Source: Zancudomyces culisetae HAW-14-8 (lineage: Eukaryota; Fungi; Kickxellomycota). Taken from it: a DNA stretch of 64,000 bases. The position numbers and the translations under genes were made by a program. Shown in pieces: positions 1 through 11,809 of this stretch; position 1 is the first letter of the stretch; the number at the start of each line of letters is the position of its first letter. The stretch covers positions 4,464,001-4,528,000 of the forward strand of contig JBNJNM010000011.1 of assembly GCA_052426225.1 (NCBI GenBank), given 5' to 3'. The notes under the pieces are model-generated. The model saw nothing but the letters and a program-made list of their open reading frames with translations, was not told where the DNA came from and searched no databases.

Positions 1-2023
1 TGCGTGATGTACCGCTAAGAAAAACATATCATTTTGCACCAATAGATATAATTAAACTGCTATATAAACGAACAATCGGTAAGACACATAGCTATATCAT
101 ATTCGATGAGTTTTGCTGATACATGTTTGTCTTTTGTTTTCAGCAAGTGCTTGTGTATTTGTACGAATTCATTAGCCTCTTGTCGAAGTTCCTTTTTGCA
201 GGACCAAAAGGTGGCTTTCCGGGTCTAGCTTTGCTTTTGATCATATTTGCTCACATGCATTTTATAACCTTCTTTACCCGCCTTAAACTTTTTTTTTTTA
301 GTGTGATCGTGACCTGCTTGGGTTTTATTTGTGTTGTATCTTTTACCTCATTTGTTATTCATTTCCCAGGTGAGTATTGTTATATCCGGATATAAATGCG
401 TATTAGCCTTCAAACGCAACAAGAAAATTTTGGGGGTGGGGGAGAGGTTGTTCGATGCTCGCAGTTGAGTAAATGAACATACCATGTGCTGTGCACTAAC
501 AACAAAGGTTTAATCGTGAAATATGTGTTTTGTTTTTGCTGTGGATTTTTTGTCACCTGGTGCTTTTTCTAATCAAAAAAGGTTGTACATACTAGAATTT
601 TGATCAAAAATACGCCACTTACACTCAATGACCTCCTTATCGGTTGTGGCAAATTTCCACAACAAGCTCGATTACGCCAGATCACCTAGTTTGTTAGTTT
701 GCAGATTTTACACTGATTCTATGGAAAACTATCTAGTGTGATATCTAATGCCCCCTTACATATATGCATTTTTCATTTTTTTTGACTGTTTTTTGTTTAA
801 AACTTTCATCCGCCACACTTGTATTAGCAATCATTTTTTAGCAAGTTTCATTAAAAACACAAATAAATTGAGTTTTTCATTTCTCACCATGCACTGTATA
901 AGTACAGTTATGTTTGGCTTAATTAGGATATATGTACAGGTAAAGCTATCGCTCTGTAAGAATCTCACACATCCCTTTCATATAAGTTCCTAATTAGATG
1001 GATTGTTTGTTATTTATTATTTATTTTTTGTTTGTTACTTTTATTGCCTAATTACTATGATTTTACTTTACATAAATTTATTGAAATCAAATCCACACTA
1101 CACCAAAAATAAATATGTGTAGTTTACTTGATTTAATTATCTACGAAAATATTGCAATAAGGTATTCAGCCATCTTCATGATATGCGAGAGGTGAGGTGA
1201 AGGAGAGAAAGGGTATTCAAATGTAAAAGCGTTACGATTCATATAGTTGTTAATACATTTTATCCTTGATCTTTTTTCATATTTTATGGTTAAATGATGG
1301 GTATAAAATAGGCAAGCTGTTGTAAGCGATCCAATCCTGCTGAGATAGCAGCCTCACTAGGTATATCCATAGTAGCGATCTGCCAAACAAGTAGCGCACC
1401 ATATTTACAGGGTACCTATAAAATGGATAAAATTTAACAGTCCAACCTAGATTTTGCATATTTAGGCCAAGTTATGGTCATTGAAAAATGTGTGGAATTG
1501 GATATGCCTATTCGCTAATACGAATCTCGCTAAACTCAGTTTTTATTTTTTTGTCCAGTCAAGGTAATGTTGGCATTTTCTAAAAATAGATATGAAACCC
1601 AATTACACCAACACCACTCACTACGCCGGGAAATTTTGTAGTAGTATTTTCAATCCGAGTGAATCGCATTTTTTATAAATCGTTATTATGTAATCAGAAT
1701 ATCTCAAATATCATTCACATTACAGATTTTTCTAATACATTAAGCACAATTACCATCATATTACCTCTATCACCGTTCAAGGAAAAAAAATTTTTTTTTC
1801 TTTGGTTATAAGCACCAAAACAAATATCTTGTTTATGCGCAAAAACTATGTATTTGAATAATAGTGGATAATCAAGTGCATTTTTTTCGTTAAAAAAGAC
1901 TTTATTGACAACTAGCCCCGGATCACATAAATGCATCTGGTTGAGCTCTCTACTTGTATAAAATGAACTAATAACAAATGGGTTATTAGTACGCTGTTTC
2001 TTGATACACCGCCTTACATAACT

Positions 2024-2054
2024 ACAATTAAACAATTAAACAATTAAACAATTT
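2024..2054. repeat. (ACAATTAA)n short tandem repeat, nearly 4 copies
   Basis: acaattaaacaattaaacaattaaacaattt is visible directly. Confidence 0.8.
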
Positions 2055-3489
2055 ATCCAAAGCAACTACAAGCAAACAGGCTGTAGATCCCAAATTTTTG
2101 AAAAAACTACAAGTGGAGGCAAACTGGCCATATACATGTGTGATATACGATGATAAACGATGTTATTTGCTCTTATACAATGACATGGGTGTTTTTTTCT
2201 ATCGAGATCGGGTAATGTAGTAAAATGGTTGATCCCCTGTCTCTTTGGAGAGAAAAAACTGCAAAGATGTTTGTCCATATCCACAAAACTCCTAGGCTAT
2301 ATTTAGAAATTTCTTATTTCCGTTTACAACACTACATTTATAACAAAAAATTGTCTGTTTTAATTAATGGTATTGTTGCTTTTGCACCATACATCCATGA
2401 AGAGGATTATGTAAACTGTGCTTCAAACTAGATGAATGTTAAATAAATGCTAATGTTCACCTAGGGTGGCATAAAAGGTAAATTCAGACAATAGGTTCAT
2501 TAAAGGACATCATTTATTACATACGTTACATCAATTATGACCTGGTAATAGGAATCACATGGTTTTCATTCTCCATTTTCTGTTCCTCTACGTCATCTTT
2601 AATCAAACCTTGCCTACTGCACTCAACCCTTTCTTTTCTCTCCTACTTATGGTGAGTACTTTTTTCGAAATGTTCTATCAGCGAACATATTAAGCCCATC
2701 ATCTTTATATACTAGAACCGAATCTATTTTATACCCTCCGGAACTTCTAATGCTTTCACTTTTATTCTCATTTTTAATAAAATGTACAAAAGTCTATTAG
2801 GAAGCTTACATATAATACATGCAAGTGGAAGAGATAGATCCCATTATTTGGGTTTTTTGCCATTTATGATTTTTCAATTGCCGTTATTTGAAAATGTAAT
2901 AAAGCCTTACAAATTCAAATGATGGAATTATGCAATAACAAAAAAAAGTAGAGAAATAAAAGCAGTTCAAACAACTGCGTTATCTGCTTAAGTTTGTCAC
3001 AACAAAAAAACTTGATGCATTTATTATTTTTGGCATTTTCCATCATCCACCCGTTTTTAGTGTTTATTCCAATCAAATGCACCATTATTTTTAAGTTTAC
3101 TAAAAGAAATAAAATTGGAAGATATTTTAAATAGCTTTTCTATAAAAAGTAAAACCAGACCAAACGAATAAAAGACAAGACCTAAGGCTAAACGCACGAA
3201 GATCCATAAACATACCAAGAATAAAACTATTTTGGATATAATTCGGTGCAGATACCTTTTTGTATTACTTTTATTTCTTATCAATGTATATTCGGGTAAG
3301 TACAGTTATATGCCTGACTAATACCACATATCATTATAATACATACAAAAATAATACTTTGTTCTTGTTTTTCTCTTTTTAAAAAATACTGTACTTGTGT
3401 TTTGGTGAGAATAGGAACCTAACGGTGGAACTGGAGTGGAAGCCTAACAAATAGCGAGAAAATAACACGTGAAAGTAAAGGGAAGACAA

Positions 3490-5475
3490 ATGGATTTTCT
3501 ATTTAAAGTGCGCTTCCCTGTGTACTCAAGTGAGGTACCAGTGTGCAATCCTGGTACTTCATTAGCAGGCGTTGTTATAGTACAGAACGATATGAAGCTA
3601 AGGATTGCAAATATCACGTTAAGCTTCAGAGGAAATGAAAAAGTTGTTATGGCGTTAAAAACAGGCGAAGTTGATGACGAAGAACATCCAGGAGCTAGCA
3701 TGATGGGTGGAAGTGGTGGATACGAACCTAATCGTTCATCAAGAGAACACAAACAACCCTCACGGATAAGAAAAACTCAGCCGAAAAATGTCAGAGCAAT
3801 TAAAAAGGAATATTTCAATAAACGGATACTCATTAGTGGCAAGTGGGATGATGAAGATGAAGCAACTACATTAAATCCTGGAACACATATATTTCATTTT
3901 ACTTCAAAATTTCCTAAAGTGAATTATCCTGAAAGTGCTAAAACTGCAGAATACAACGTAAGCTACTATTTTGAGGCTGAGCTGCGCTATCCAAGAGGTT
4001 CTGGATTACCATCACTAATACGCTCGGCTCCAATTAGGTTTGTGCCGCGTGTGATAGTCGATTTTCCAAACACCACCGAGTATGCTAGTTACAAATTTTG
4101 TGATTTAGCTACACTAGTTGAAGAAAAAAAGTCCAAAAAATCCAGCGAAAAAGCAAAAACAAGGTTTCATGTAGAAGCTCAACTGGAAAAACGAGCATTT
4201 AAAATTGGTGATAATGTAGACTTAAAACTAAAAGTAGTAGGCCCAAAGCGGTTAATTGGGGGTAGCGCATCGATTATAGAAAACACCGAGGCTTGCTACC
4301 CTTTTGCTCCACTAGATATGACTGGAGGTAAGGGAAAGTATAACTGTAATAGAATATGGAGTAAAAATGAAATGCTGGTGATGCCATCCGAACTTGTTTT
4401 TGACAGTAAAAACATTCCATACAGCGAATGTAAAAAACACAACCTTTCCCATTCTACTAGTAACAAGGTTTTTGTTGTAAATACTCGACTGGGACCTATT
4501 CCTAACTCTATTTCTCCGCTTTCTGAAACATATTATATGCGATTCACGTACTATGTCCTGGTATTGTTAACTTATTCTTCAGGCCTCAGTGGGTCTAAGG
4601 TCGTCTCTGTGAAAATTCCACTACCTGTAGTAACGGAAACTACAGAACTAAGAAGCGGAAGTAGTAATAAAGTGTCTGCAAGTTGTACCAGTACCACAGG
4701 GGCTAGCTCAAAGAAGGGTTTGTTTTTGTCTTCCGCGAATGGTGGAACAAGAGATAAAAATAATTCGCCAACGGGCACACTAAAATCAAAGGATGATGCT
4801 AGAAAGGAAAAACTGAGTATCAATGCGACAAAAAACTTTGCGCATAATATATCACAACATGGAGACCTCTTCCAGAATTCGGCATTTTCACTTGGTGTTT
4901 CTCAGGCAGTCAGCAATTATGACATTAAGCAAAATATGCCGCGTAATTTTAGCTTAATCAATATAAACTATATCGATAATAATCGATCCCTGCAGGCGAA
5001 TATAGATAATGCTGTTGGCTACATTGGTGATTCTAGTACGGATATCTTGCCACTATCACAGTTTTCGTCTACCTTCCTAGACATTCTTGACGATTTTAAT
5101 AGCTACAACGGGATGAAACTAGAGTCACTCGATCCGGAGGAAAGAACAACTCTGAGTACAAGAAATCATATAGACGAGCTTATCCCCTATGTTTTTTCAG
5201 TACTTCCGTTAAAGCTGGTTGACCAAAACAACACCAAGTTTTCAATTGACCATCTTCAATCCGAAATCCGAAAAATCAAAAGTTTGACAAAAAAAGGTAA
5301 TACTGTGGACAATGACAATATATCAACATTGACACTGGTATCCGAATCCAGTGCTGATATGGCTTTATTAATGGATATGTACGGTCCCCAGCTCGAAGCT
5401 ATTATGGCTTCGTTCAAGGACCTCAATACGGGTGAAATTACAACCACATCATTTTCTACCTTCACTAGTTATTAA
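3490..5475 (+). CDS. Arrestin-fold (alpha-arrestin-like) protein with long S/T/N-rich C-terminal tail
   Basis: Single long ORF, first ATG at 3490. The N-terminal beta-sandwich pattern matches Arrestin_N (GTSLAGVVIV...ITLSFRGNEKV...TLNPGTHIFHFTSKFP..NYPES....YNVSYYFEAEL). An arrestin_C-like segment follows (LEKRAFKIGDNVDLKLKV...FTYYVLVLL...VSVKIPLPV). Confidence 0.7.
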   Translation: MDFLFKVRFPVYSSEVPVCNPGTSLAGVVIVQNDMKLRIANITLSFRGNEKVVMALKTGEVDDEEHPGASMMGGSGGYEPNRSSREHKQPSRIRKTQPKNVRAIKKEYFNKRILISGKWDDEDEATTLNPGTHIFHFTSKFPKVNYPESAKTAEYNVSYYFEAELRYPRGSGLPSLIRSAPIRFVPRVIVDFPNTTEYASYKFCDLATLVEEKKSKKSSEKAKTRFHVEAQLEKRAFKIGDNVDLKLKVVGPKRLIGGSASIIENTEACYPFAPLDMTGGKGKYNCNRIWSKNEMLVMPSELVFDSKNIPYSECKKHNLSHSTSNKVFVVNTRLGPIPNSISPLSETYYMRFTYYVLVLLTYSSGLSGSKVVSVKIPLPVVTETTELRSGSSNKVSASCTSTTGASSKKGLFLSSANGGTRDKNNSPTGTLKSKDDARKEKLSINATKNFAHNISQHGDLFQNSAFSLGVSQAVSNYDIKQNMPRNFSLININYIDNNRSLQANIDNAVGYIGDSSTDILPLSQFSSTFLDILDDFNSYNGMKLESLDPEERTTLSTRNHIDELIPYVFSVLPLKLVDQNNTKFSIDHLQSEIRKIKSLTKKGNTVDNDNISTLTLVSESSADMALLMDMYGPQLEAIMASFKDLNTGEITTTSFSTFTSY

Positions 5476-6653
5476 TATGTTTATTTATCTAAAATCTCAC
5501 ACCCTCCCTCCTCCCTCATCCCTCATAGAATCATTGCAGACTACAGTCGTATTTATTTAGTTTATCAAATAACTTGACACTCAATTGAATAATTATTTTA
5601 ACTTTTCTTCAAATCTGTTGTAAATAAAGTCAAGAAAATAAATTATATAACAAGTCAACTCTGGAGTTAGTAAACTATCATATGTGAGAAAACTAATAAA
5701 AGTGTAACTTGAAACCATAGGACTTATGTGTCGTTAATTTATCACGAGCTTTATATCCTGGACTCATGTCTATCTTTTCAAGAAGCCTGCCATATTGTGG
5801 TTGCAGCTGACCATATTAGGTGCATTTTTATAATACATACTTTCACATTGATACAAAGCTATGGCCGGTTCTTATCCTTAAGCAGCCATTGGCTAGTTTT
5901 GGTGTTTTTTTATTGAGCCACATGAAATCCAAGGTCGCAATAGTCGGGTTGATTCAGGTAAAAAAAAAAAGAAATTTTTTGCTACTTTGTCACATTCGGA
6001 AATTGGCCAACTATTGAGTGTTGGAAACCCAACCCAGAAAAAAAAAAGATGTGTAAAAGTTTCATGATGGTGCGGAGGGGGGAAAGTTCTCTGGTTTATT
6101 TCCCACAAACGGAAATAGAGCAAGTATGAAAAAGATCTAGTGACCATTAAGGAAATCGATTGATTCATCTCCAGCTATATAAAGTAATCATTCGACAAAG
6201 GTCAATCATTCGTTAAATGGGAGAGAACGTATCATCTTAAACCGCGGAATGGTAATCAATTCGAGAATTTTTCTAAGAAGCAGAATAAGATACGAAAGCA
6301 AAGGAGAGACAACTTGCCAATACATGATCCTGTGGAATCCACACATCCTGAATGATCAAATATAAATAAAGGATAAATAGCAAGTAAAGTTAACGCATAG
6401 GAATATAACATTAGAATCTCGGTTTGATAAAGAACAAGGAATATTAGCAGAGAAAACAACGGTGATTTGCAGTAAAACATAAGGTATATACAGTTGTTTT
6501 TTTCGACTTGGAGTTTTACTATACGCAACAACGGATTGTGGTTTTGTTTTAAATACAAATATTCGCTTGATCTCAATTGGTAGAGTTAGAAAAAGATTTT
6601 ACTGCTTGTGTCGCTTTAATAGAAGAGTGAAATATTACTGAGCAGAAAATATC

Positions 6654-7988
6654 ATGGAGCAAAGGCATTCAGAAGAGGTGGATCTTGGTGAAACAACCCC
6701 CGATACTGGCGAACTTCAACTAAATAAATCGGATAATCACAACCCGGAGCTGAATATAGAAGAAATACCACCTGATGTCGGGCATGCGTGGCTGGTATTA
6801 GTGGGAGCTTCCTTTGCTTTCGCAACTGTCTTTGGCAGCTTTAACGCGTTTGGCCTGTTTCAAGCATACTATCTGAAAGTGATGTTTGCAACAACTAGTG
6901 CAGCAACCATTTCTTGGATTGGGACATTTTGCTCGTCATTCACACTAATGTTTGGTATTTTTGTTGGACCATTAATAGGTACTATTGGACTGAGACGCAC
7001 AACAATCCTAGGAACGTCATGTTGTGTTTTGGGATTACTGCTAGCTAGTTTTAGCAAGCAGGTTTGGCAGTTGACTCTAACACAGGGCCTGATATTTGGC
7101 TTTGGAAATTCCATCCTGATAAATACTGCAACGTTCACGACCAGCATGTGGTTTAAAAAAAGGAGGAGGTTGGCATTAAGTATCGTGGCCGGAGCAGGTG
7201 GGTTAGGGGGTTTATTTTATGCCCCGATAGCATCCAACTGTTTAAAACACATTGGCCTGGGCTGGGCATTTAGAGTTCTCGCGCTGATGACAGCAGTAAC
7301 AACAGGTATAGGGTGTATTGTATATAAACCTAGAGTACAGCTGAATCTCCCGAAAAAGGTTATAAGGTTGCAGACTTTAAAGGAGCCATTTGCTATTCTT
7401 TTATGTCTTGGTGCATTTTTTATGGAAGTTGGGTATGTTGTACCTGTGTATTATTTTCCCGTGTCTATATACGCAGTGTCTCCTAAAGATATTTCCCAGG
7501 AGACTCTTGCGCAAAATGTGATTATGGTGTTTTGTGCAAGTTCATTTATCGGTAGGATGACAGTGGGCAAAATATCCGAGCGTATTGGACTATTTACAAC
7601 ATTAATAGCCTCACACTTAATCACTGCTACAGCTGTGTTGTCTATATGGTATGTAACCAAGTCATACACTGTGTATTACATCTTTTTTGTAATCTATGGG
7701 TTCTTTTGTGCAACATACTTTGTTATAATTCCCATTATGATTGCCGAATACTACCCGATATCACGGGTGGCTGAGCTTGGTGGCCTTCATTTTCTGTTTG
7801 TCGGACTGTCAGTTTTTGTTTTTTCGCCTGTACTTGGAGTTGTTTTCGATCATTTTGGACATAGAACCACATTTGGCGAGATTATAGTGATATGTGGACT
7901 GGGGTATCTTGTTTCTGGTGTTATATTTTTTGTCATGATGCAATACGTCAGAAGGAGGGGTGATGTTAAATCCCCAATCTTCATTTAA
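6654..7988 (+). CDS. MFS transporter, monocarboxylate porter (MCT/Mch-like) family
   Basis: 444 aa with about 12 hydrophobic segments. MCT signatures PPDVGHAWLVLVGA, NAFGLFQAYY, ISWIGT, LTQGLIFGFG, WFKKRRRLALSIVAGAGGLGG, GWAFRVLA. Confidence 0.9.
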   Translation: MEQRHSEEVDLGETTPDTGELQLNKSDNHNPELNIEEIPPDVGHAWLVLVGASFAFATVFGSFNAFGLFQAYYLKVMFATTSAATISWIGTFCSSFTLMFGIFVGPLIGTIGLRRTTILGTSCCVLGLLLASFSKQVWQLTLTQGLIFGFGNSILINTATFTTSMWFKKRRRLALSIVAGAGGLGGLFYAPIASNCLKHIGLGWAFRVLALMTAVTTGIGCIVYKPRVQLNLPKKVIRLQTLKEPFAILLCLGAFFMEVGYVVPVYYFPVSIYAVSPKDISQETLAQNVIMVFCASSFIGRMTVGKISERIGLFTTLIASHLITATAVLSIWYVTKSYTVYYIFFVIYGFFCATYFVIIPIMIAEYYPISRVAELGGLHFLFVGLSVFVFSPVLGVVFDHFGHRTTFGEIIVICGLGYLVSGVIFFVMMQYVRRRGDVKSPIFI

Positions 7989-8209
7989 CTGACCAGCACT
8001 TTGTGTATAACCTGTTTTCCGCGAGCACTGATATTTTTTTTTAGCGATCACCAAGTAAATTGAAACACTTTGATATTAAAAAGGAAATAAATGGAAATAG
8101 ATAAATAAATAGACTGTACTATTGTACGAATTGTTACTTTATGCTCTAAAAGATCTTTGCTTGTGTAACGATTAAATCTACCAAGTTATTGTGGAAGAAA
8201 AAAGAAGAC

Positions 8210-11200
8210 TCACCACTGAGGATGGTCTGCGGATAATATATAAACCCTGTCTGTAGCATAAAGAACAGTGGAGTGATCAGGATTGATAACAAAATAACGG
8301 AAGTTGGATGACGGGTTAGTTTCCACAGAGTTTCTATATAGACCAAGTATGAGGGTGTGATGCCTGAAAAGAGCATGAAGGAAAAGAGAGCTGAAAGTCA
8401 GGCCAACAAATGAGGAAGGTATATGAACCAAAAAGACGTTTGCGTACTCGATAAACTGTTCAGGGTTTTCACCGGTGGGGCTAGTAGGGTTAAGAGGGGG
8501 GAGATGGGCAGAAGGTAAACCAGCCTTAACAAGCTTAGAGTATTCTACTTGACGACTGATATCCCCATGGCTAAAGACAAGTCGTTTGAGAATTGAAATA
8601 AGATTTTCATTGTAGAAGGACTGGCAAATCAGAGTATCAAGCATTATTGGAGCATAAGCTATTCCAGCCATAAAACAAGGGCGGAAGAAGGGTTGAATAT
8701 ACGCTTCATTGACACGAATGAGCTCATTGGAGCCAATAAATAACATGTTTTCGCGGTAGTTAAACTCGACATTGAGCCGGAAATCAGGATTTGAACAGGT
8801 CAAGGACTCGATGTTGAGAACAGACATCAAGGCAGGTGTATCGGCCTGTGTAATAGTAAGACTTGTTTTATAGTGGAGACGAGTAGTGTTTACATCAACA
8901 TCGGACCGAGAATGAGGAGTGATCAAAACTATACCAGAGGCGGCAGTGGCGATAAAGGTTCTAACAATGTCAGACTTGACCAAGGGTGATCCAACAACAA
9001 AGTATACATTTGAGTAGCCCTCCAAAATATTTCTTACAGAATCAGAAGGAGGGGCAGGGCACAGGAATACAACAGGTTGGATGTTTATGTAGGTAGAATT
9101 TGGAGAAATAAATGAGTAAACGCCCATGTCGGGTGTGCGTTCGGTGGAGGGTGTTGTAGTAGGTTTGGAGCTAGAAGTACGAGCGGTTTCGGGGCTGGAT
9201 TCGGATTCGGATTTGCATTTGTATTGATATGCTCCGGTTTTGGATGACCGGATACACCCAACCAAATATTCCATATTTGAAGGGAAATCAGAGCCATTCG
9301 CAAATATAACGACATGGTTCTTGATGTCACAAGGAATACCCTCGGGGCTGAGCTTGGGGGTAGATGTGGAAAGTAATGGTGTGGGTGCAGATGCAGATGC
9401 AGATGCAGATGCGGGTGCGGGTGCAGATGTAGATGTAGTTGTAGATGTAGTTGTAGCATTTGGTTGTAAAGGAGCTGAAGATGGAGGCGGAGATGAGGGT
9501 GTGAGTGTAGGCTTTTCCAATATAAGAGGTGCTGTAGTTTCTTGAACAGGCAAAGAAGGTTCGGCTGTCGCTAGGGGCGTAGAAGAGGAAGGCGGGAGGG
9601 TAGCTGACGAAGGATCTACTGTGATGGGGTTGGACGACAAACTTTTTATAGAGGCAGCAGAGATATGGCTGGGGGTAGGAGACTTCACTACGTGACTGAT
9701 TTCGATCGAATCCATAATATTAATACCACTACCACTGTTGAGAATTCCCTGTGTAGATCTAGTGGCGAGCAGAGGGCCTGACTCTGAATCTGTAGGTGGA
9801 TCGCGAATGTTCTGATTTAAAAACGGAACACTGGCAATGTATTCAGCAATCTGCGAGTCCATACCAATAAGAAAACCTTCTTCTGAGCCTGTCATGACAT
9901 AATCAAGAGGATTTATCAAAAAATTCGAAGCTACATATACACCAACCGATGGGTCGATTACTAGAGCCATCAGAATGGCACTGTAACGCGCATAAACAAG
10001 TTGAACAGCTTTTTGGAATTTTATACCCTTAAATGCGGGCGAAAACTTGGTCGCATATACTTCCATACCCAGTGATCGAATATACTGCACAAGCCACTTA
10101 TAGTTGGGGGAAGTACGCACAGCAGCTATTAATTGTGACTGGGCGCTTTCAGGAATCGACGTAATCATAGTCTGCAACATCGAGCTGAAACCAGGAATAG
10201 CATTTCCTTTAGCCAAAAGACCTAACCGTAGCTCTGGAATGCAAATAACATCTTTGGTCAGATATTCAAGGTGAAATGTGGTTTCAGGCAACAACGCTTG
10301 AGCATAAATCGGAACTTTGCGGTTAAGACTTAGCAGGTAGCGTCTGATGGCCAGCGTGATCATTACTTTTTGATTGTCATCGGCAGCCTCGCCTCCGGCT
10401 TGCAACCCTTTGTTACTCAACACAAAAATCGACCTGGCCCTGTGTGCCTTGACGTCGCTCAAATCTTTCATAGATGTCGGTGAACCCAACACAAATTTGA
10501 CATTTTCAACATATGCTGGGTCTTTAAGAAGCTTTGCAACATTTTTTTCTGGTGGTGTTTCGCTCATCAGCACAACAACTGTGTTGATTATTTTGGGTCC
10601 ATGATCTTCACAAAAGAACTCACGAAGAAATTCAAACATACTGCTATATGATAAATCACCTATTACCAAAACATGCTTTTGGTTATACTCAGGTGTAAAA
10701 TTGGTCGCCCATGGATTACGTTCCCCTAACATCTCTAGTACCTCAGCCATTCGAGGTGGGAACCACAACACACCCAGAAACATAATAAACACAACCACTC
10801 CGCGCGTATACCAGTTATCCGGAGTTATATCAGATGTAAGTCCTGTTACGGAGCTTACTGCCGTGAAAAACAGAACATCTTCAAAATCTTTGACTTCTTG
10901 ATTTTTCATTCTCCTTTGATAAAATATCACAGTATACGTTAGCATTGTCACAGTAAGAACCGTGGTTATAACCACCATAATCGAGTGCATCGCCTTTTTT
11001 ACCAATGGTGTCATATAGCTCATGCTCTTTATTGACTCGAATACTCTGTTCCACGAGACTTGCATTCTTATGAACCGCACTGCGAGTAAATATACCAACA
11101 GTCCTGATGACATCAGTGTCTCATAATATGTTTCTGGTACCATATATATTCTGAGTAGAACTAACAGCGGTGTGATTGTTGTCATCAAGTGCACTATTGA

Positions 11201-11809
11201 AAGGCCACTGGTCAAGTAAGTAACCATGTCTGTTGCTGTATAGTATCGCGGCAGAAACACAAAAAAGAGCAAAAGTCCCAAAATCGCATCAAGGACTAGG
11301 TTTATATATGGCACCACTTGACTCTCCGCAGTTACATACGTGGTGTTCCATATCAATGTTACACCCATTGCTGAGTTTAACATTGCATCCGTAAAATCCC
11401 ATCGCCTTCCTATTGAACTGCTGCTCAAATAATACCCTACTATCTGCCTAAAGGTAGGATATCCTTCCGCTTCTTTACTTCTGGATTTCGCCATCATTAT
11501 GTTTATCTTCTTGTTTATACTTGTTCCTACATCCGCTTCTATAATTCCATGCAAAAATGTGTTTCCTTTTCCTGCTCCTCTCCTATTTGCTTGTTCACTT
11601 GGTTCATCTGCTTCTCTGTCTCCGTCTGAAAAAATATCCGGCGAAATTGCCCCAAATTCTGGTGCTTCTTCGCCCACCCTCCGTAAGGGCCTTTTTTTTT
11701 GTCTGACATATTCTAGATTATTGAGGCTTTTTGGGATTCCCACCCACACCTTCTTATTCTGAACTTTTTTTTTTGCACCTAGCTTTGTTGGTCGAGATTT
11801 GTCTGCCAT
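8210..11809 (-). CDS. Slo/BK-family (KCa-like) ion channel: 6 TM plus two RCK domains, non-canonical pore filter
   Basis: 1199-aa intronless ORF. S1-S6 hydrophobic helices; RCK1 motifs KHVLVIGD, FLREFFCEDH, VKFVLGSP..MKDLSDVKAHRARSIFVLS, VICIPELRLGLLAKGNAIPGFSSML; RCK2 motifs NHVVIF, VYFVVGSPL, FMAGIAYAPIMLDTLICQSFYN; C-terminal FVINP......TDRVYIL typical of Slo channels. Confidence 0.85.
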   Translation of the reverse strand: MADKSRPTKLGAKKKVQNKKVWVGIPKSLNNLEYVRQKKRPLRRVGEEAPEFGAISPDIFSDGDREADEPSEQANRRGAGKGNTFLHGIIEADVGTSINKKINIMMAKSRSKEAEGYPTFRQIVGYYLSSSSIGRRWDFTDAMLNSAMGVTLIWNTTYVTAESQVVPYINLVLDAILGLLLFFVFLPRYYTATDMVTYLTSGLSIVHLMTTITPLLVLLRIYMVPETYYETLMSSGLLVYLLAVRFIRMQVSWNRVFESIKSMSYMTPLVKKAMHSIMVVITTVLTVTMLTYTVIFYQRRMKNQEVKDFEDVLFFTAVSSVTGLTSDITPDNWYTRGVVVFIMFLGVLWFPPRMAEVLEMLGERNPWATNFTPEYNQKHVLVIGDLSYSSMFEFLREFFCEDHGPKIINTVVVLMSETPPEKNVAKLLKDPAYVENVKFVLGSPTSMKDLSDVKAHRARSIFVLSNKGLQAGGEAADDNQKVMITLAIRRYLLSLNRKVPIYAQALLPETTFHLEYLTKDVICIPELRLGLLAKGNAIPGFSSMLQTMITSIPESAQSQLIAAVRTSPNYKWLVQYIRSLGMEVYATKFSPAFKGIKFQKAVQLVYARYSAILMALVIDPSVGVYVASNFLINPLDYVMTGSEEGFLIGMDSQIAEYIASVPFLNQNIRDPPTDSESGPLLATRSTQGILNSGSGINIMDSIEISHVVKSPTPSHISAASIKSLSSNPITVDPSSATLPPSSSTPLATAEPSLPVQETTAPLILEKPTLTPSSPPPSSAPLQPNATTTSTTTSTSAPAPASASASASAPTPLLSTSTPKLSPEGIPCDIKNHVVIFANGSDFPSNMEYLVGCIRSSKTGAYQYKCKSESESSPETARTSSSKPTTTPSTERTPDMGVYSFISPNSTYINIQPVVFLCPAPPSDSVRNILEGYSNVYFVVGSPLVKSDIVRTFIATAASGIVLITPHSRSDVDVNTTRLHYKTSLTITQADTPALMSVLNIESLTCSNPDFRLNVEFNYRENMLFIGSNELIRVNEAYIQPFFRPCFMAGIAYAPIMLDTLICQSFYNENLISILKRLVFSHGDISRQVEYSKLVKAGLPSAHLPPLNPTSPTGENPEQFIEYANVFLVHIPSSFVGLTFSSLFLHALFRHHTLILGLYRNSVETNPSSNFRYFVINPDHSTVLYATDRVYILSADHPQW

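Noticed and set aside
123-3284. Short F/L/I-rich ORFs at the window start
   Set aside because: Composition is typical of random AT-rich frames; no homology motifs or consistent splice model.
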